Shown here: piece after piece, positions 1 to 12,400 of the stretch
How positions within the stretch are numbered: the stretch's first letter is position 1
Layout of the letters: each line of letters starts with the position of its first letter
Source of the DNA: Paecilomyces variotii
Taxonomy: Eukaryota
Length of the DNA stretch: 64,000 nucleotides
Direction: 5' to 3' (one strand)
Assembly (NCBI GenBank): GCA_004022145.1
Contig: RCNU01000015.1
Translations under genes and position numbers: made by a program
The notes under the pieces: model-generated
Databases searched by the model: none
What the model was told of the DNA's origin: nothing
What the model saw: only the letters and a program-made list of their open reading frames with translations

Positions 1-1322
1 AGGTAGATACTCTCCCGCAACTGTGTTTCCCCCTTGTGGTATCACTCTAGGAAATCCTTCTGATGCGGGAGGATAAACACGTAATGCTTCTTCGAAGCAG
101 GCATTGAGATACGGAAGACTTGACAGAATGGCAAAATCCAACTTCTTCTCGTCATCCAGCTCACGGACCTCGGTCACTACTTTCGCCAGTTTGTCCGGGT
201 GTGTGAGAAGTAGATATGTCAATCCACTCAGGAGAGTCGCTGTGGTCTCGGTTCCTCCAATCATAAAAGCGCTCGCATTGTTATGCATCTCGTTTAGACT
301 CAGCACGTCCTTTCCTTTGGTAAGAACAAAGTTCCAGATGTCCGGCTGGTCTCTTCCTCTCTCATAACGCTTCTTGATCAGTTCGGAGGAGAAGGCGTAA
401 TGCTCTTCCTCCTGTGCAGTCCAGCATTTTGGTGTGAAATAGCCTAGTAAGTTCCTAAGACTGGGATATGCGGCCACGATGTCGAGGATTGTTTCGGCTT
501 TGACTGCACCAAACATCGCATCTATCCAAGGTGCATAGTTGTTGTTCTCCAGTAGACCAAGAGACTCGCCGAACGCCAGATCGCCCATAATATCAAAGGT
601 TGTACGGGTAAACATATTGCAAATATTGACTTCGCCCGTTAGGCTGCTTTCTGCCGTCATCCGGAGCCGGTGGATTAGTTTTTCGACGTACTTTTGAATC
701 AATGGCGCCTGTAACTTGATTGCCTTAGGTGAAAAGGCGTGGGAAAAGAGCTTGCGCACTTGTCCGTGTCTCGCATTATCCCGAATCGACGTTATGTCGT
801 CTTCACCATTCTCGTACGATCCATACATACGCGGGTCTACCAGATTGGATATCTTACCCCCGGTGCTATGTCCGTAGATGTCTTTCCATGCAGGAGCGGA
901 TATGAATGAGAGCCCATCAGGGGAGAAACGCACGATGCTGCCGTAGCGGTTGTGCAGGGAGGTAATCCATTGATTGTAGTCTCCAGTATAGCGGCGATAC
1001 CAAAGCGGGAGGAAGCTTGCGGCGGCGATTTTGGGACCCGGATCTATGCACGGTCAATTGTAGGGGTCGTTCAAATAAAATTATGAATTGAACTTACATT
1101 TTGACAAAGGATGAAAATAGGCGCTGTAAATTGCTCCTACGACATAGAAGAGAACCTCAAAATAGTAGTCAGTGTTATTGCCAAATAGTTCAATGTTCCT
1201 CGGAGCAATCGACGTACCAGCGGCGACACACCGAGCGCAAGCACGTACACCGCAGAGGAAGCGACCTCCAGCGCTGAAACCAAGATGGTGTGAAATTCTG
1301 AGAGCACAAATGATGATGTCAT
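1..1322 (-). CDS. Cytochrome P450 monooxygenase (CYP65/trichothecene-hydroxylase-like type), 3' end outside window
   Basis: Manual splicing and translation: N-terminal TM segment, FHPLSK-YPGPK hinge across an intron, LHNRYGSIVRFSP, FDIMGDLAFGE, I-helix IGGTETTAT, K-helix EALRVYPP; frame open to base 1 (GGNTVAGEYLP). The heme Cys motif is beyond the window. Confidence 0.9.
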
Positions 1323-2520
1323 GGTCTTGAGACGTTAAGAATAGGGTCCTTGGACTATATATATATATATGTGTGTGTGTGCGTATGTGTGTATGTATAT
1401 ATATTAGGTGATGCGATGATCTGGATTGGTAATTAAGGAGCTTTTAAGTCGAAAGGCGAAAGCCTTCCTACACACGCAATCTGTAGTAGGCCGTAGTCAC
1501 GGGGCCTATCTTGGTAATGCCAGTGCGGTTTGACTACTACTTGGTATGTAATCCATAGCTCGATGCCGGAAGGTGGAGCATTTAGTTTTCAGCTGGTAAT
1601 AGCTTAACTGTTGAGAGTAATTGTGGAAACACCCATAGATCATCATGACCATGGGATCATGTAATCATGTAATCGGGTACGGTAACGAAGATACAGTGCT
1701 GCCAGTGGGATAAATCATTATTTCCACTTCAGAGCGCCTGCTATCATCACAAACCTAAATACCGTGGGGTACATCCATTCTCAACCATTGAATGGGAGAC
1801 TTATCTCTTCCTGTGTGTTCCCCAAATCAAGGTTCCGTCTCCACTGCGCCGCTAAGCATCTTGCATTCACCCTTCAAACCGCCGAGGCCCCGTCTCAAGA
1901 ATGGCATAACACAGCACACGAAATGCCTTTGACCTGGCATGTTGGATTTCTACACATTCTACGGGATATTCTCGAAACAATTCGCAAAGATTCGCCTTCC
2001 TCCAATTACCAGTCTTAATACTGGAAACCACATCGGAAGACGTACATTTATACGCTCCCGCGCTCGCTGCAAGCCAGGCATATCTAGTCTGATGCGCTGG
2101 TTGAATGAACAATGATGAGGGCATGCCTTTGCCGTCTCACACAGCCACGCGCAGTCGATGGAGTCAGAATGAAGGCAGCAAACATCAATCGACTAGCGGA
2201 CGCGAGGGGACATAACCCGGCCGGGTGTGAAAAGGGCAGACTTCCTCTCAAGACGGCCGGCAGTCCACCAGATAGCCCATATGATGATCCTATAGCAACT
2301 GTTGACTGCCGCTATTTACCAGACCTAAGGACCAATCTGCCACCAAAACTACGGTCGTCCATATAACCGCTATTTATCATACCCGAATTGAGACAGATCG
2401 GGGTTGAGCACAGCGCCTGCGGGATACGCCGTTAGGTCATATGGGCACCCAAAGCCTATTTAATTATAAGGTATAATTTGTTCCAACTAAAGGTAATCAG
2501 CCCCATAGTATTAGGTCCTT

Positions 2521-2550
2521 GAATCCTTGCCGAATTCATTGAATTATCTA
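2521..2550 (+). repeat. 30-bp dispersed direct repeat, copy 1
   Basis: GAATCCTTGCCGAATTCATTGAATTATCTA; 28/30 identical to 21624-21653. Confidence 0.85.
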
Positions 2551-3103
2551 GTAGGTGAAAACGGGGGGCTGGCCTATGTATCCCGCATGAATGAGGTACT
2601 CTCGCTTAATATTTTCTAAGAAGTTCCGAAGTTATATTAGCAAAATGGTCGGTCACTTCGTTAGAGTAGGACGTACTCATTAATTGTCCCTTTCCGAAGA
2701 CGAAGCTGCTGTAGCAGAATTAGTATACTTCTTTAAAGATACTAACCTAGATATCTTGGAGTGAAACTGAAACTTACTAATCGTCTTTGGACTTTGGCCC
2801 TAAATATAGGGACATGGCAGCTTGCCATTTTCCTCCTGGCCACCATTGGTTGTGAGCATCGGCGAGGACCCCAGCCTCGGCCCATGCTTCTCGGAGCAAT
2901 ACTTGCTGTCTCTTGGTGCAGCTATAGAGGTACGGGCTAATTGCCCCCATTGTTACAGCGGTAGACAGAGGTGAGATGTAACTGCCGGATGCAGTGGAAG
3001 ATGGCGGCAATAACGGTGAAGTTATACTAGTCAGAGGGACAATTGGCACATCATTCGCTATACAGTTGATTTGCATATACCAGACTCCTAAAAGGAATAA
3101 CAA
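2550..3103 (-). pseudogene. Truncated gene for a probable secreted protein resembling the N-terminal part of an M35/aspzincin-like domain
   Basis: Hydrophobic N-terminus, S/T/P linker, then SCTKRQQVLLREAWAEAGVLADAH..WWPGGKWQAAMSLYLG; two short GT-AG introns follow, then the frame ends at ~2550. No HExxH found. Confidence 0.4.
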
Positions 3104-3189
3104 GACTCTTAGAAGCTCCGTGACTGCAATTGAATACGAAACCTATGGACAGGTATAAGTCTTACTTTGCAGCGACAGTCTATCAAACT

Positions 3190-3334
3190 ATAGCAGCTCC
3201 TGTTCCTCTTTGAATTCGATCCTCGTTTTAGGACTTTATCTGCTGAGCTCAGTAGCTCCTGCTCCACTTTGAATTCGATGCTCGTTCGAACACCCGTCTG
3301 ATTAGCTCAGTAGCTCCTACCCCCCTTTAAAATC
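3190..3334. repeat. Degenerate tandem repeat, ~58-60 bp unit, ~2.5 copies
   Basis: AG(C/T)AGCTCCTG(T/C)TCC(T/A)CTTTGAATTCGAT(C/G)CTCGTT recurs at ~3191, ~3251 and partially at ~3309. Confidence 0.75.
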
Positions 3335-3463
3335 TCATGCGTAGATAGGATAATAGTAGTAAAAGGGAGGGGGATATAGTTAAAAATGGTAGTAATTTAC
3401 ATATCGCGTCTAAGATAATGTAGAGAAAAGGGGCCTATAACTTATTCTAACGCCAGTCATCCT

Positions 3464-4709
3464 TCAGAGAAGACGTACTCGCTCTCTTTTCCTTATCGCT
3501 TCGCATTCATAGGGCTCTGTGCAGTGGGCCTGTACCTCTTGTCGTCTTCGGGCATATAGTGCTGCACCTCGAGAGGCTACAAATATTGGATTAATGATTC
3601 TGGGCACAATAGCAGCATCTGCATGGTCTCGAAAGTGTGTTTGAAGATTCACAGGCGACATATGAACCATTTCAGACAGAGCATCTCTCAAAGTAGCTAG
3701 AAAGCGCGGGTGAGTGGCACTCTCCCCAGCCAGAAGAATATGAGTAAGAGGATATGGGTATTCTCGAGGAAGGGCCAATAGTTGCGAACGAAGGCGGGAC
3801 CATGGTGTACCCTGGGACTCGTCTGTCTGGACAAGATTATCTAGCCCGACTTCAAAATCCAGAACTTGCGCTTCATCCGTATTAAACCGAGATAAAGCCT
3901 CGCCATTGATAGGGGCTATAATGCTAGTGTATAGAAGATGCCGACTGTAGAAGACATAGAAAACATGGGCATTGGGCGAATTATAAAACTCGTCTGTGCA
4001 TTCCCAAAGATCCTCATAGTTTGCACACAGTCCATATCCGTTTGCTGCATAAACAGCATCGGCCTCCACTAAGCGTTGCGGGTAAAAGCCGCTGTCGCCT
4101 ACCCATGTCCGTAAATCCAAGTCCTCGAGTGCAGCGTTAACTATTGAACTAATAGAGCTGATATCAGGGGTTGCAACCGCCACCCTATCAAGTGGCTGAG
4201 ATATTTCTTTTTCGGTGGAAACTTTCAGTTCTTGGAGTAATTTGCTGATGATTTCGACATCGCTGTATGCTTTGATCGGACGACCGAGCTTCTTGTTAAG
4301 CCAACGCCAGCAAGCGCCCCATGAAGTAGTGTCAGATAGAGAGAATCGGGGAAGGATAGTGTCATAGAGAAATTTCTTGGTTCTGTCTAACCGTGGCCTG
4401 GGGTCGCCTGCAAGTCGCATCATAAGCTCAAGGTACTCGGGATTTCCATGGATATAGGCTAGTTCAACGACAGTTCCGTTATAGTAGTGTACTGAGGCTG
4501 TTCTTTTTTAAATGTTAGAGAAGTCGGGATGTTAAAAGATAGACGATATTTACTCACCCGTATGAGGGAGTCAGGTCAAAACCGATCCCGGGGGCATCGT
4601 GAATCTGCGCAGGGAGGCATATCTCACACAACGGGCGGGGACAATCGTAGAAAGCATCTATAATGGAGATATATTGAAGAAATAGAAAAACTATCAACAG
4701 CCCATTCAT
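3464..4709 (-). CDS. Putative secreted protein with an Hsp70/actin-like ATPase-fold domain (2 exons)
   Basis: Signal-like MNGLLIVFLFLQYISIIDA; GIGFDLTPSYG-TASV (cf. Hsp70 IGIDLGTT), VAVATP, ILLAGESATHPRF (cf. VLVGGS-RIP), INPIFVASRGAALYA (cf. NPDEAVAxGAA); intron ~4503-4557. Confidence 0.65.
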
Positions 4710-4849
4710 TTTGAACGGGAATTTGGGTTTCGTCGCATTTGTCAATAACAATAGTTAATATTACGTTCAGGTTTGGGTTCAAGTCCAGGATTTATAGTTC
4801 ATCCGCGGTCCGCAAACTAAGCCTATTGGCCCCTAATGAGCTCATAATC

Positions 4850-7313
4850 TCGGGAATCATTGGGCATAGATATGTAAAGGGCATTCGTCACTTCAGTGCT
4901 CGATCTGGTTAATCTTGCCGTTTCTAGGTCGGCGTCCCAATACTTCTTCACATCGCCCGGACAGAAAGAGAGACTGTTCTACCTCTTTCTTCCTTCTTTC
5001 CCGTCCTTTAACTTCTCTATCTTGGACTTATGCGCCCTCTCTGCCTTCACCGACCAATATGACCAAGCGTTCAGCCCGACGCACTGCCCTTTTCTTTTCC
5101 CCGGAGATGCCTCTTGATCTGGCACCCAAATCGTTCCATCACAGAGCTGCAGAACTCAGACTGGTTCGCTAGACGCCGCATTCCAATGGGAGAAGCCTGT
5201 GCTGGAAAATCCGAGCGCTGGGACTCAATATTATTGACAGGGCAGAACGGAGAATGGTAGGTCTCAAAAGAGTTATCGAGATGCCTTTCCAAAATATCGC
5301 AACCCTAAACCGGTGCAGCGTTGTCGTGCAGGCATTTCTCACGACACTACATCGCTCTACCAGCCGGAAAGAAGACGGGTTTATTCGCATGGCTTGTGTT
5401 CTAGGGTGAGATCTCTCGTTGCCGCATAGAGTGCCGTTTTAGCATCGAATGTATGCACTCCTGGGCACAGAGACCGCCCTTCTGCAGGGTTTGCTGTCTA
5501 TGGATGGTAGTGCGGTCAACACGAGTGTACCATTGGGATCTGACTCCGGGTAGGGTCAACAAGCGTGGTTTCTCTGTGAGATATCCCGGTCTCGCTGTGT
5601 GTCCTTCTGGCGCGAAAGAGGATTTGCAGTCTCTTGTTATCTCTGCTCAGGCTAACGGTGCCCTGATATGCCGCTTCCAAATAGGAAAGAATCAATCTCC
5701 ACGAATGCCTGATGAGGTTATAGAAAATCGAACATGTCTTGGTTCCTCCTCTAGGAACGAAACCGATCTCCCAAACCGCGATCCTTATGTCGTATTCTGG
5801 GATTATACCCACAGATTGCCCCCATGGGTCTCATTTCCAGTAGCGGTAGTATCGACATCGAGTGGTCAGAATCCCACTGCACACAGAGTAGTGGAATTAC
5901 TTGGTTGGGCCGTCCGGAATATCAGCAACCGAAGAGGCCAAGCTCAGATAAGCGGACACATTGGATCGAAGCGACGTCGGTAGTTCAGTAGTTGCGACAG
6001 TAATATCATCGGCTCTCATAAGTAAATAAAAACTTGTCGAGATACATGGTATATTAAATAGGGCTTTACGTTAGCATGTAAGTTGTAGAAGGTGCAAGAA
6101 CACCAAGGGCCGCAGCTGCTTTCTGCGCCGTGACCGACCAACGTCTAGGGTCCCATCTGGATCTAACCATAATTGACCTGCGACAAGGTGACTATCGTTA
6201 TTAACGAACCAGATAATAATACTTGGACTTTGCATACGTATTATTATAGAAAGATCTACTATCCAACATGCTAAATGCCGCATAATATTCCACTGTTATG
6301 CGAGGTCCCCAGATAAGGAGGTAAAGCTGCGCCTTGTTCAGATATAAATACGATAATGAGCCTTTAAAGAGCTAGATACATCGGGCTCTCTAAAGCACTC
6401 GACCAAAAACGACACATCTCTGTTAGTCGCAGTTATAGATCCCGTGTACCGCACAAACCTTATTGACAGAAGGTAGGTAAATAGAACTTCTATCGCGTAG
6501 TGATGGAGAAGAAAAGTAGATCAGTAACGCGAGTTTACACCCGCTCAATATGCAAGAAGAGGAAAATCAACATGGAAGAATATTCTGTTCTAATTATTCC
6601 CCCAAGAACTATTAGTAACGCTGCCTTTCCCCTGATATTTCTCTGCAAGTGCACCAAGTCTTTTATATTGGCCGGCATGTTCCAATTCTTGGCATGTTCG
6701 GCCGGTTACATATAACAATCAGAAACTTTATGGCTTTTCTCAGCCAGCTAGGACAGATATTTATGTCGCGCCAAGGGGCCCATACAACGGATATTATGTT
6801 GGCCTACCTTTACGGACAAATCGTCGAAGAAAGGAATGAGTCTTTGAGCCCAGGCTAGCTCAATTGATAGCAAGCATTGCCCTGCGAAAATGACCGAGTA
6901 CATGAATTTGGGATTACTCACCTTGAGTTGGTTGCAGATATCATCCCCATTAATCCAGCGACTACCCGCATTGATGAACAAGCGAGACAGGTTGGATTGG
7001 AAAGGCATGTTAGTGACGCACTCCATGAAATTATGTGTAACCACATGCGAAGTCTCGGTAATGCGTCACGATAATCTCGAAGAAGGGTATATAGATCTCG
7101 CACAGGCGGTCGAGCTTCAGCACTTTTCCCAGTTTCTCGATGAGCAGCTTGAATTTGAATTTCAAGTAGCTTTTCCAGTGCCTTATCCCATAGTCTGTCT
7201 GTTTCATACTGCAAAGGATCCGTCTTCTCTCGTGGGAAATGATCAGTAGTCGAGACAAAGGAGTAGCCCCATTTGTTGATGTGGTCTCTAACATTCGGGT
7301 TTGGGCTCAGCAT
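4850..7313 (-). pseudogene. Degenerate gene relic(s), unknown product
   Basis: Overlapping protein-like ORF pieces in different frames (6918-7313, 6748-7044, 5516-5812) separated by frameshifts and stops; no motif recognised. Confidence 0.3.
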
Positions 7314-7891
7314 AGCGTTAAGTCACTTAAGGAAAAAAGCAACAAGAGAGGAAGAGAGGAAGAGGACGAAGGAGAATAGGGTTTCGTGACCGCGTGTGAA
7401 GACAACATTATTAGGCCGGTTTAGAGCCTTCGACCAAGACCCCAAGTCCTTTCGATATCGCTAGCTGATAAGCGCCCAGTAAATTAAATCATGGCTTCCT
7501 GATATTTTGACTAGCGCAGCACAAGACTTACTAGTTTTAGAAAATATATCTGCATTTAATTTTTACTTTCAGAGTCTGAACCAAAGCTTGCCTCGTTTGC
7601 AGAAATTTTTCTAGAGCCATTTAACACTCTTGGTTTTCATTGAAGTCAAGTTCTGGTATGCCCGGCGCAGTCAGAGGTATCATATAGTAATGATATAACG
7701 AATGTCGCTTGCTTCTTTAGCACTACCTTGTCGCTGGTATTGGGATAAAATCTTTTCCCGCAGGATCCATTCTGGGCTAAAGAGCTTGACCACTTGATCA
7801 TTGATTTTAAGTGATATATACCCTATCCGCTACAGTCATTCAGTCTCCCCGAGTCACACTACGCTTGAATACTTGCATCTTCCCTCATTAT

Positions 7892-8821
7892 CTAAACATA
7901 CTCCACCAGAATCCCAGACCCATCATACACAATGCTCGCTTTAGCCACGTATTTCTCCGTACTCAGATTCACAAGATCAACCAGCGCCACCGCCGCTTCA
8001 TCCTCCTCATCCTCCACGGCAAACGTCAAATTCCCAGCCGCAGCTCCCGCCGTCACACCCGTGAATGTGACGGACCCAAAGTTCAAAAATGACACTGTCT
8101 CCCCGCTACTCTGGTAATCCTCGACAGTCCACTCGGCCGACTGGCCAGTCAGGGTGCTGGTGGCGGCAGGTGCGGTGACCGTCGCTGTGGCCCGTTGGCC
8201 GTTGCTCTCGTTCTCAATCACAGCCACCCCAGCGGACGAGGAGGTCGCATACACGGTGGCCACGATGACATCCCCGCCCTTGATCGCCAGCACCTCCGGG
8301 GAGAAATCCACCGCGTTGGCTGGGTACCATTCATACCAAGCGGTGTAGACGTACTCGACTTCCTCTTCGGTGGAGGAGGATGCGGTAACCACGTCGATTC
8401 CCGCTTGTAAAATAGCTCCCGTGTTGACAAAGCCGTCAATCCCTACCCAGATCGAGGCGGCCTCGCCGGCCATGTTACTGGAAACAGTGGGGATGGGCGC
8501 AGTGAAGGCTGCGGCCACAGAGGTGAGGATGGGGGTGGAGGCAAGGTCGGCGCTTAAGAGGGCGGCCCCAGCCCAGTTGGTCGTGTAGTAGTAGGGGGTG
8601 TTTTGCTGGTCGGTCAAGGGAGACTCGGATGCTGATGAGTTGGTGAGAGGCCCTTGCTGCACCTCAGTGTGTGGGACCTGCTTTATCGGCTGGTGCTGGA
8701 AGCGAGGGCCGTTGCATTTTGCTAGGTTGCTGCTGCTGCTGCTGCTGCTGTAACCGCTTGGGGCGCCGTGAACAGCGGCTAGTTGGGCAAGCCACAAGGT
8801 CGTGGAAAGGAAGTTCTTCAT
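7892..8821 (-). CDS. Secreted glutamic peptidase, family G1 (eqolisin/aspergillopepsin II-like)
   Basis: Signal peptide; NWAGA, SIWVGIDG, ILQAGID (catalytic Gln), AWYEWYP, AEWTVED (catalytic Glu); single exon. Confidence 0.95.
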   Translation of the reverse strand: MKNFLSTTLWLAQLAAVHGAPSGYSSSSSSSNLAKCNGPRFQHQPIKQVPHTEVQQGPLTNSSASESPLTDQQNTPYYYTTNWAGAALLSADLASTPILTSVAAAFTAPIPTVSSNMAGEAASIWVGIDGFVNTGAILQAGIDVVTASSSTEEEVEYVYTAWYEWYPANAVDFSPEVLAIKGGDVIVATVYATSSSAGVAVIENESNGQRATATVTAPAATSTLTGQSAEWTVEDYQSSGETVSFLNFGSVTFTGVTAGAAAGNLTFAVEDEEDEAAVALVDLVNLSTEKYVAKASIVYDGSGILVEYV

Positions 8822-9436
8822 ATTGTACTATGGTTTCCGCAGCCTGTGCTCGTAGTAGATAGGTATTTCTCAAATGGCTCGTTGTACGCCGCGTTCAAAA
8901 GAAGTCTTTTAGGGCCACGAAGGTGAAAGAGATTATTAGAGGTCAACCAGGGCTAGGACGCTGCTTGTGGTACTTATAGTGCCAGGAGCCCCTTTCTGTC
9001 TGTCAATTCACAGCTCTTGTGTGGGTTCAACTTGACCTTCTTAGGGTTACCTACCATAACTTTCAGCTATCCGCAGACGTACGTATCCATAAGGTGGGTC
9101 ATACCTGAAAACTGCTGTCTCGCGTGGTTTATAGGCACCACTAGGGAACTGCGGGCGAGTATGTTTCTCGATGCACGGGCCTTGGTATATGTTATATGCC
9201 CGGAACTGGAATAATATTTTTTTGCATACTCGCTGGCGGTGGATAGTCCACTCTCTGCCCGAGTGCTCCCGTCACAATAGTAATTGAAACATGATCTCAC
9301 ACTTAATCTCGAAGCTATATTTATACGAAGAAAAGATGTTCCAGCGTCAACTGGTACAGGAACGAAAGTGGAAAGATGAGCTGCAAGACTTCCATGGAGC
9401 CCCACTCACGCTCACCCCAAGCGGACAGCCTGCAGC

Positions 9437-12400
9437 CTATACACTCATGGTTGCATTATTGTTATTGACCGAGACCCAGGGAATTGCCGAGGGGCTGCGG
9501 GTCAAGAGTGGCGAGGAAACAGTCAGAATTGCAGGGCTGGTGGACACGGCCGCCGTCGCCGAGGTTGTATCATCATCATCACTGTCGTCCGGATTGAAAG
9601 TTACAAATTGTGCTGGCCCGTTGTTGTCTTGCGTACAGCCGCTGACATAGTCCACGCGCATGTGGCAGCCGTTGGAGAAGAGAACTTGTCCGCAGATTTT
9701 GCAACCGCCGAGGTCGGCGTCCATAAGGTGGTCGAATGCACTATATCATCATTTCTGCTCGTTAGCGGGTAACTCCGGCTACCCTTTGGAAAGAGGAGAG
9801 GCGACGTACGCTTGCATTGCCGTGCCCTTCAATTGGCATCCTTCGCCCTTGACGAAGACGCCGCACCCGAAGCCCGCATTCATGTCGTCAGTATAGCAGG
9901 CACCGGAGTTGGAGTTCGCCGAGGTCGTGCTGTGTAGAAAGCTCTTGTCAGTATACATGTTTTCGTTTCACCTGTGGATGCTGAGAGGACAGATTCTGGA
10001 AGGAACACTCACCCATAGATCTCATCGCCTCGAAGGTACGATTTGGCCACCTTGCAGAAGGAGGCGAGGTTTTCGAATGTACCGCATCTCTTGGACATGC
10101 CAGAACAGCTGTAGCTGACCTCGTTTGGAGTCGTATCGGCCAAAGACGTTGCTGCAGGTCCTGTCGTCGTCGACGTGGTTGAGGTAGTGGTGGAAGTGGA
10201 AGTCGATGATGTCGTCGAGGTCGAGGTCGATGTCCAGGACGACTCAGCGGCGCGGAAGGCTGCGTCGATCTTGCTGGCGGCTGATGCCATAACAGCAGTA
10301 TCGGTTTCGGCAGCCCAGGCCATGAAGGGGGTGGCGGCACTCTCGGTGTTCGATATGGTGGTAGTTGTGGTTGTTGCCTCAGCATAGCAGGCAGTAATGG
10401 TGTTGCACGAAATACTCGTCTCCGTGGTGTAGGTCGAGACAGCGGTATCCAAGGTGCTGTATACAAATTCAGTGCACATATCCGCCTCCTCACTCTCGCA
10501 GTCGGTCTCTTCGTTCGTGCAGCCCTCGCCCGAGCACACCCCATTCTTGCAGTTGGTGCCGGAGCAGGAGACCTTATGGCAGTCGGAGCCGCTGCACGTC
10601 CCATCGCTGGTGTTGCACAGCGCGCCTAGGCAGCCGATAGAAAGACAGTCAATTCCAAAACAGGTACCACTGCCACTGCTGCAATCGCTACCGATGCAGC
10701 CCACCGTCTGGCACGATGACCCCTTACAGATGCCCTGGCCGCAATCGTCGCCCATGCAGCCCGTCTCCTCGCAGTCCGAGCCCAGACATATACCGCTATC
10801 GCTATCACAGTTGCTTCCAGAACAGCCAAACTCGGCGCACAGGGATCCTGTACATTCTCCATTCTTGCAGTCTGGGCCAGCGCACTTCTGATGGTGCGGC
10901 GGGTCTGGGTCAGACGGGTCATCGAACCCCGTGGAGTCGCCCCCGTATCCAGAGTTGCAGTTAATCATACAGGGAGCTTCACAAAAGGTAGTGCATTTAT
11001 TTCCGCAGTTAGCCGTACACGTCGGACTGGGTGGGGATCCTTCAGTAAAGTGGATGATCGGCCCTGTAGGAACAGTCGTGGGGAGGGAGGTGGTCGACCA
11101 AGGCCAAGGGGGCACGACGATAGTTCGGTTGGAGGTAACCGTGTGCGAGGCGGTGCCCATACCCAGCGGGTTAGGGTTATCTTGAATCACTATAGGGCCA
11201 ATGCCAATGCTAGGAAACAGAGTTGTTGTACCAGTGGTCTGATTCGACGCGGTAATGTTCCAGTTCCACCATTGCACGGTCCCAGTAATAATCGGATTTA
11301 GCGTAATTGTGGTAGTCTGGACCACCCGAGTGACTGTAGTAGTTATATAGACAGTATTGTTGGTCGTAATGGTGGTAGTGGTTGGCCAGGCCACTTCTAG
11401 CGGAGTGATAAAAGGTCCCGGGTAAATAGTAGTCGGCGATCCCAAGGTACTAGGAGGGAAGATCATATTGATAGGACCAATCCCTGTGACGGTACCATTA
11501 TCCGAGTTATAGATCTCTTGACCCACATAGAAGTCCCCTGTGCCATCGCTCCCACCCTCAGTGCTCGCTCCAGCCATAGATGTGTCCAGAGCATTCATTT
11601 CGTTAGGGTTCGCTAACGATCCCGGCCCTCCGAGGTCAAGTGCCCAACTGAAAAGGCCCCCAAGGCAGAGGTCATTGGCGAAATCAGCCTTTTGCTTAAA
11701 TGTCTTGGCATTGTCGAAAGAAACCCTAAACAGAGAGGAAATTAGAGCAAGCACATTATCCTTCACAGCAAAGCGACTGAAGCAATAAACATACCATTGG
11801 TTTTCGTTCCAGGTAATCCAGTTCACTGCAGCGGCTTCATTATACTGGATTATAGGGTCATACTCTTCCAAAACGCGGTTGATCTCATAATCCGATAGAA
11901 TTCCACTGGTCTGCGTGCACTGACCAGGGGAAGCTCCACCGGCAGTAAAGGCAGATGTATCAAAGGGACATCCTGGAGTGGTGCAGTTGGTCTCGAGCAA
12001 GGTGAAAGAACGGCCATAAAATCCGAGACCAAGAAGTACTTTACCGGGGTCAATGTTGTTGCGCCACAGCAGGTCTAGGCCCTCGCTTATTTCTGTTATA
12101 TTCTCAGTTTAGCTTTTTTCCTGGCGAAAGTTAGGAGAGCAGTGCATGTTTCTTACCCGTAAGATTAGTATGCGGATTGACCACCGAGGACGTATAGTTA
12201 CTCTCTCCATCCCATGTCCCGTGAATATCATACGACATGAAGTTGAAGTAGTCCACGTATTCTGCCATTGACGAGATATCGAAGCCCTTGAGGTACCCTA
12301 CAACATGGCTGAGTGATGAGCTCAAGGTAATCTGCTGTGCTTGACTTACAGTAGGAGGATGGCAAGGTGACTGTAATCCCATACGTATCACCACACTCCT

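Noticed and set aside
3190-3334. Repeat-spacer-like pattern resembling a mini CRISPR array
   Set aside because: Fungal DNA, no cas genes, and the spacers resemble each other, so it is a tandem repeat.
4770-4790. B-box/T-loop-like GGGTTCAAGTCC (also GGTTCGAG on minus near 61040)
   Set aside because: No cloverleaf or A-box in the flanks; not a tRNA.
6500-7313. HET-domain call for the disrupted ORF
   Set aside because: WINGDDICNQ only loosely resembles WIDAxCINQ; other HET motifs are absent.
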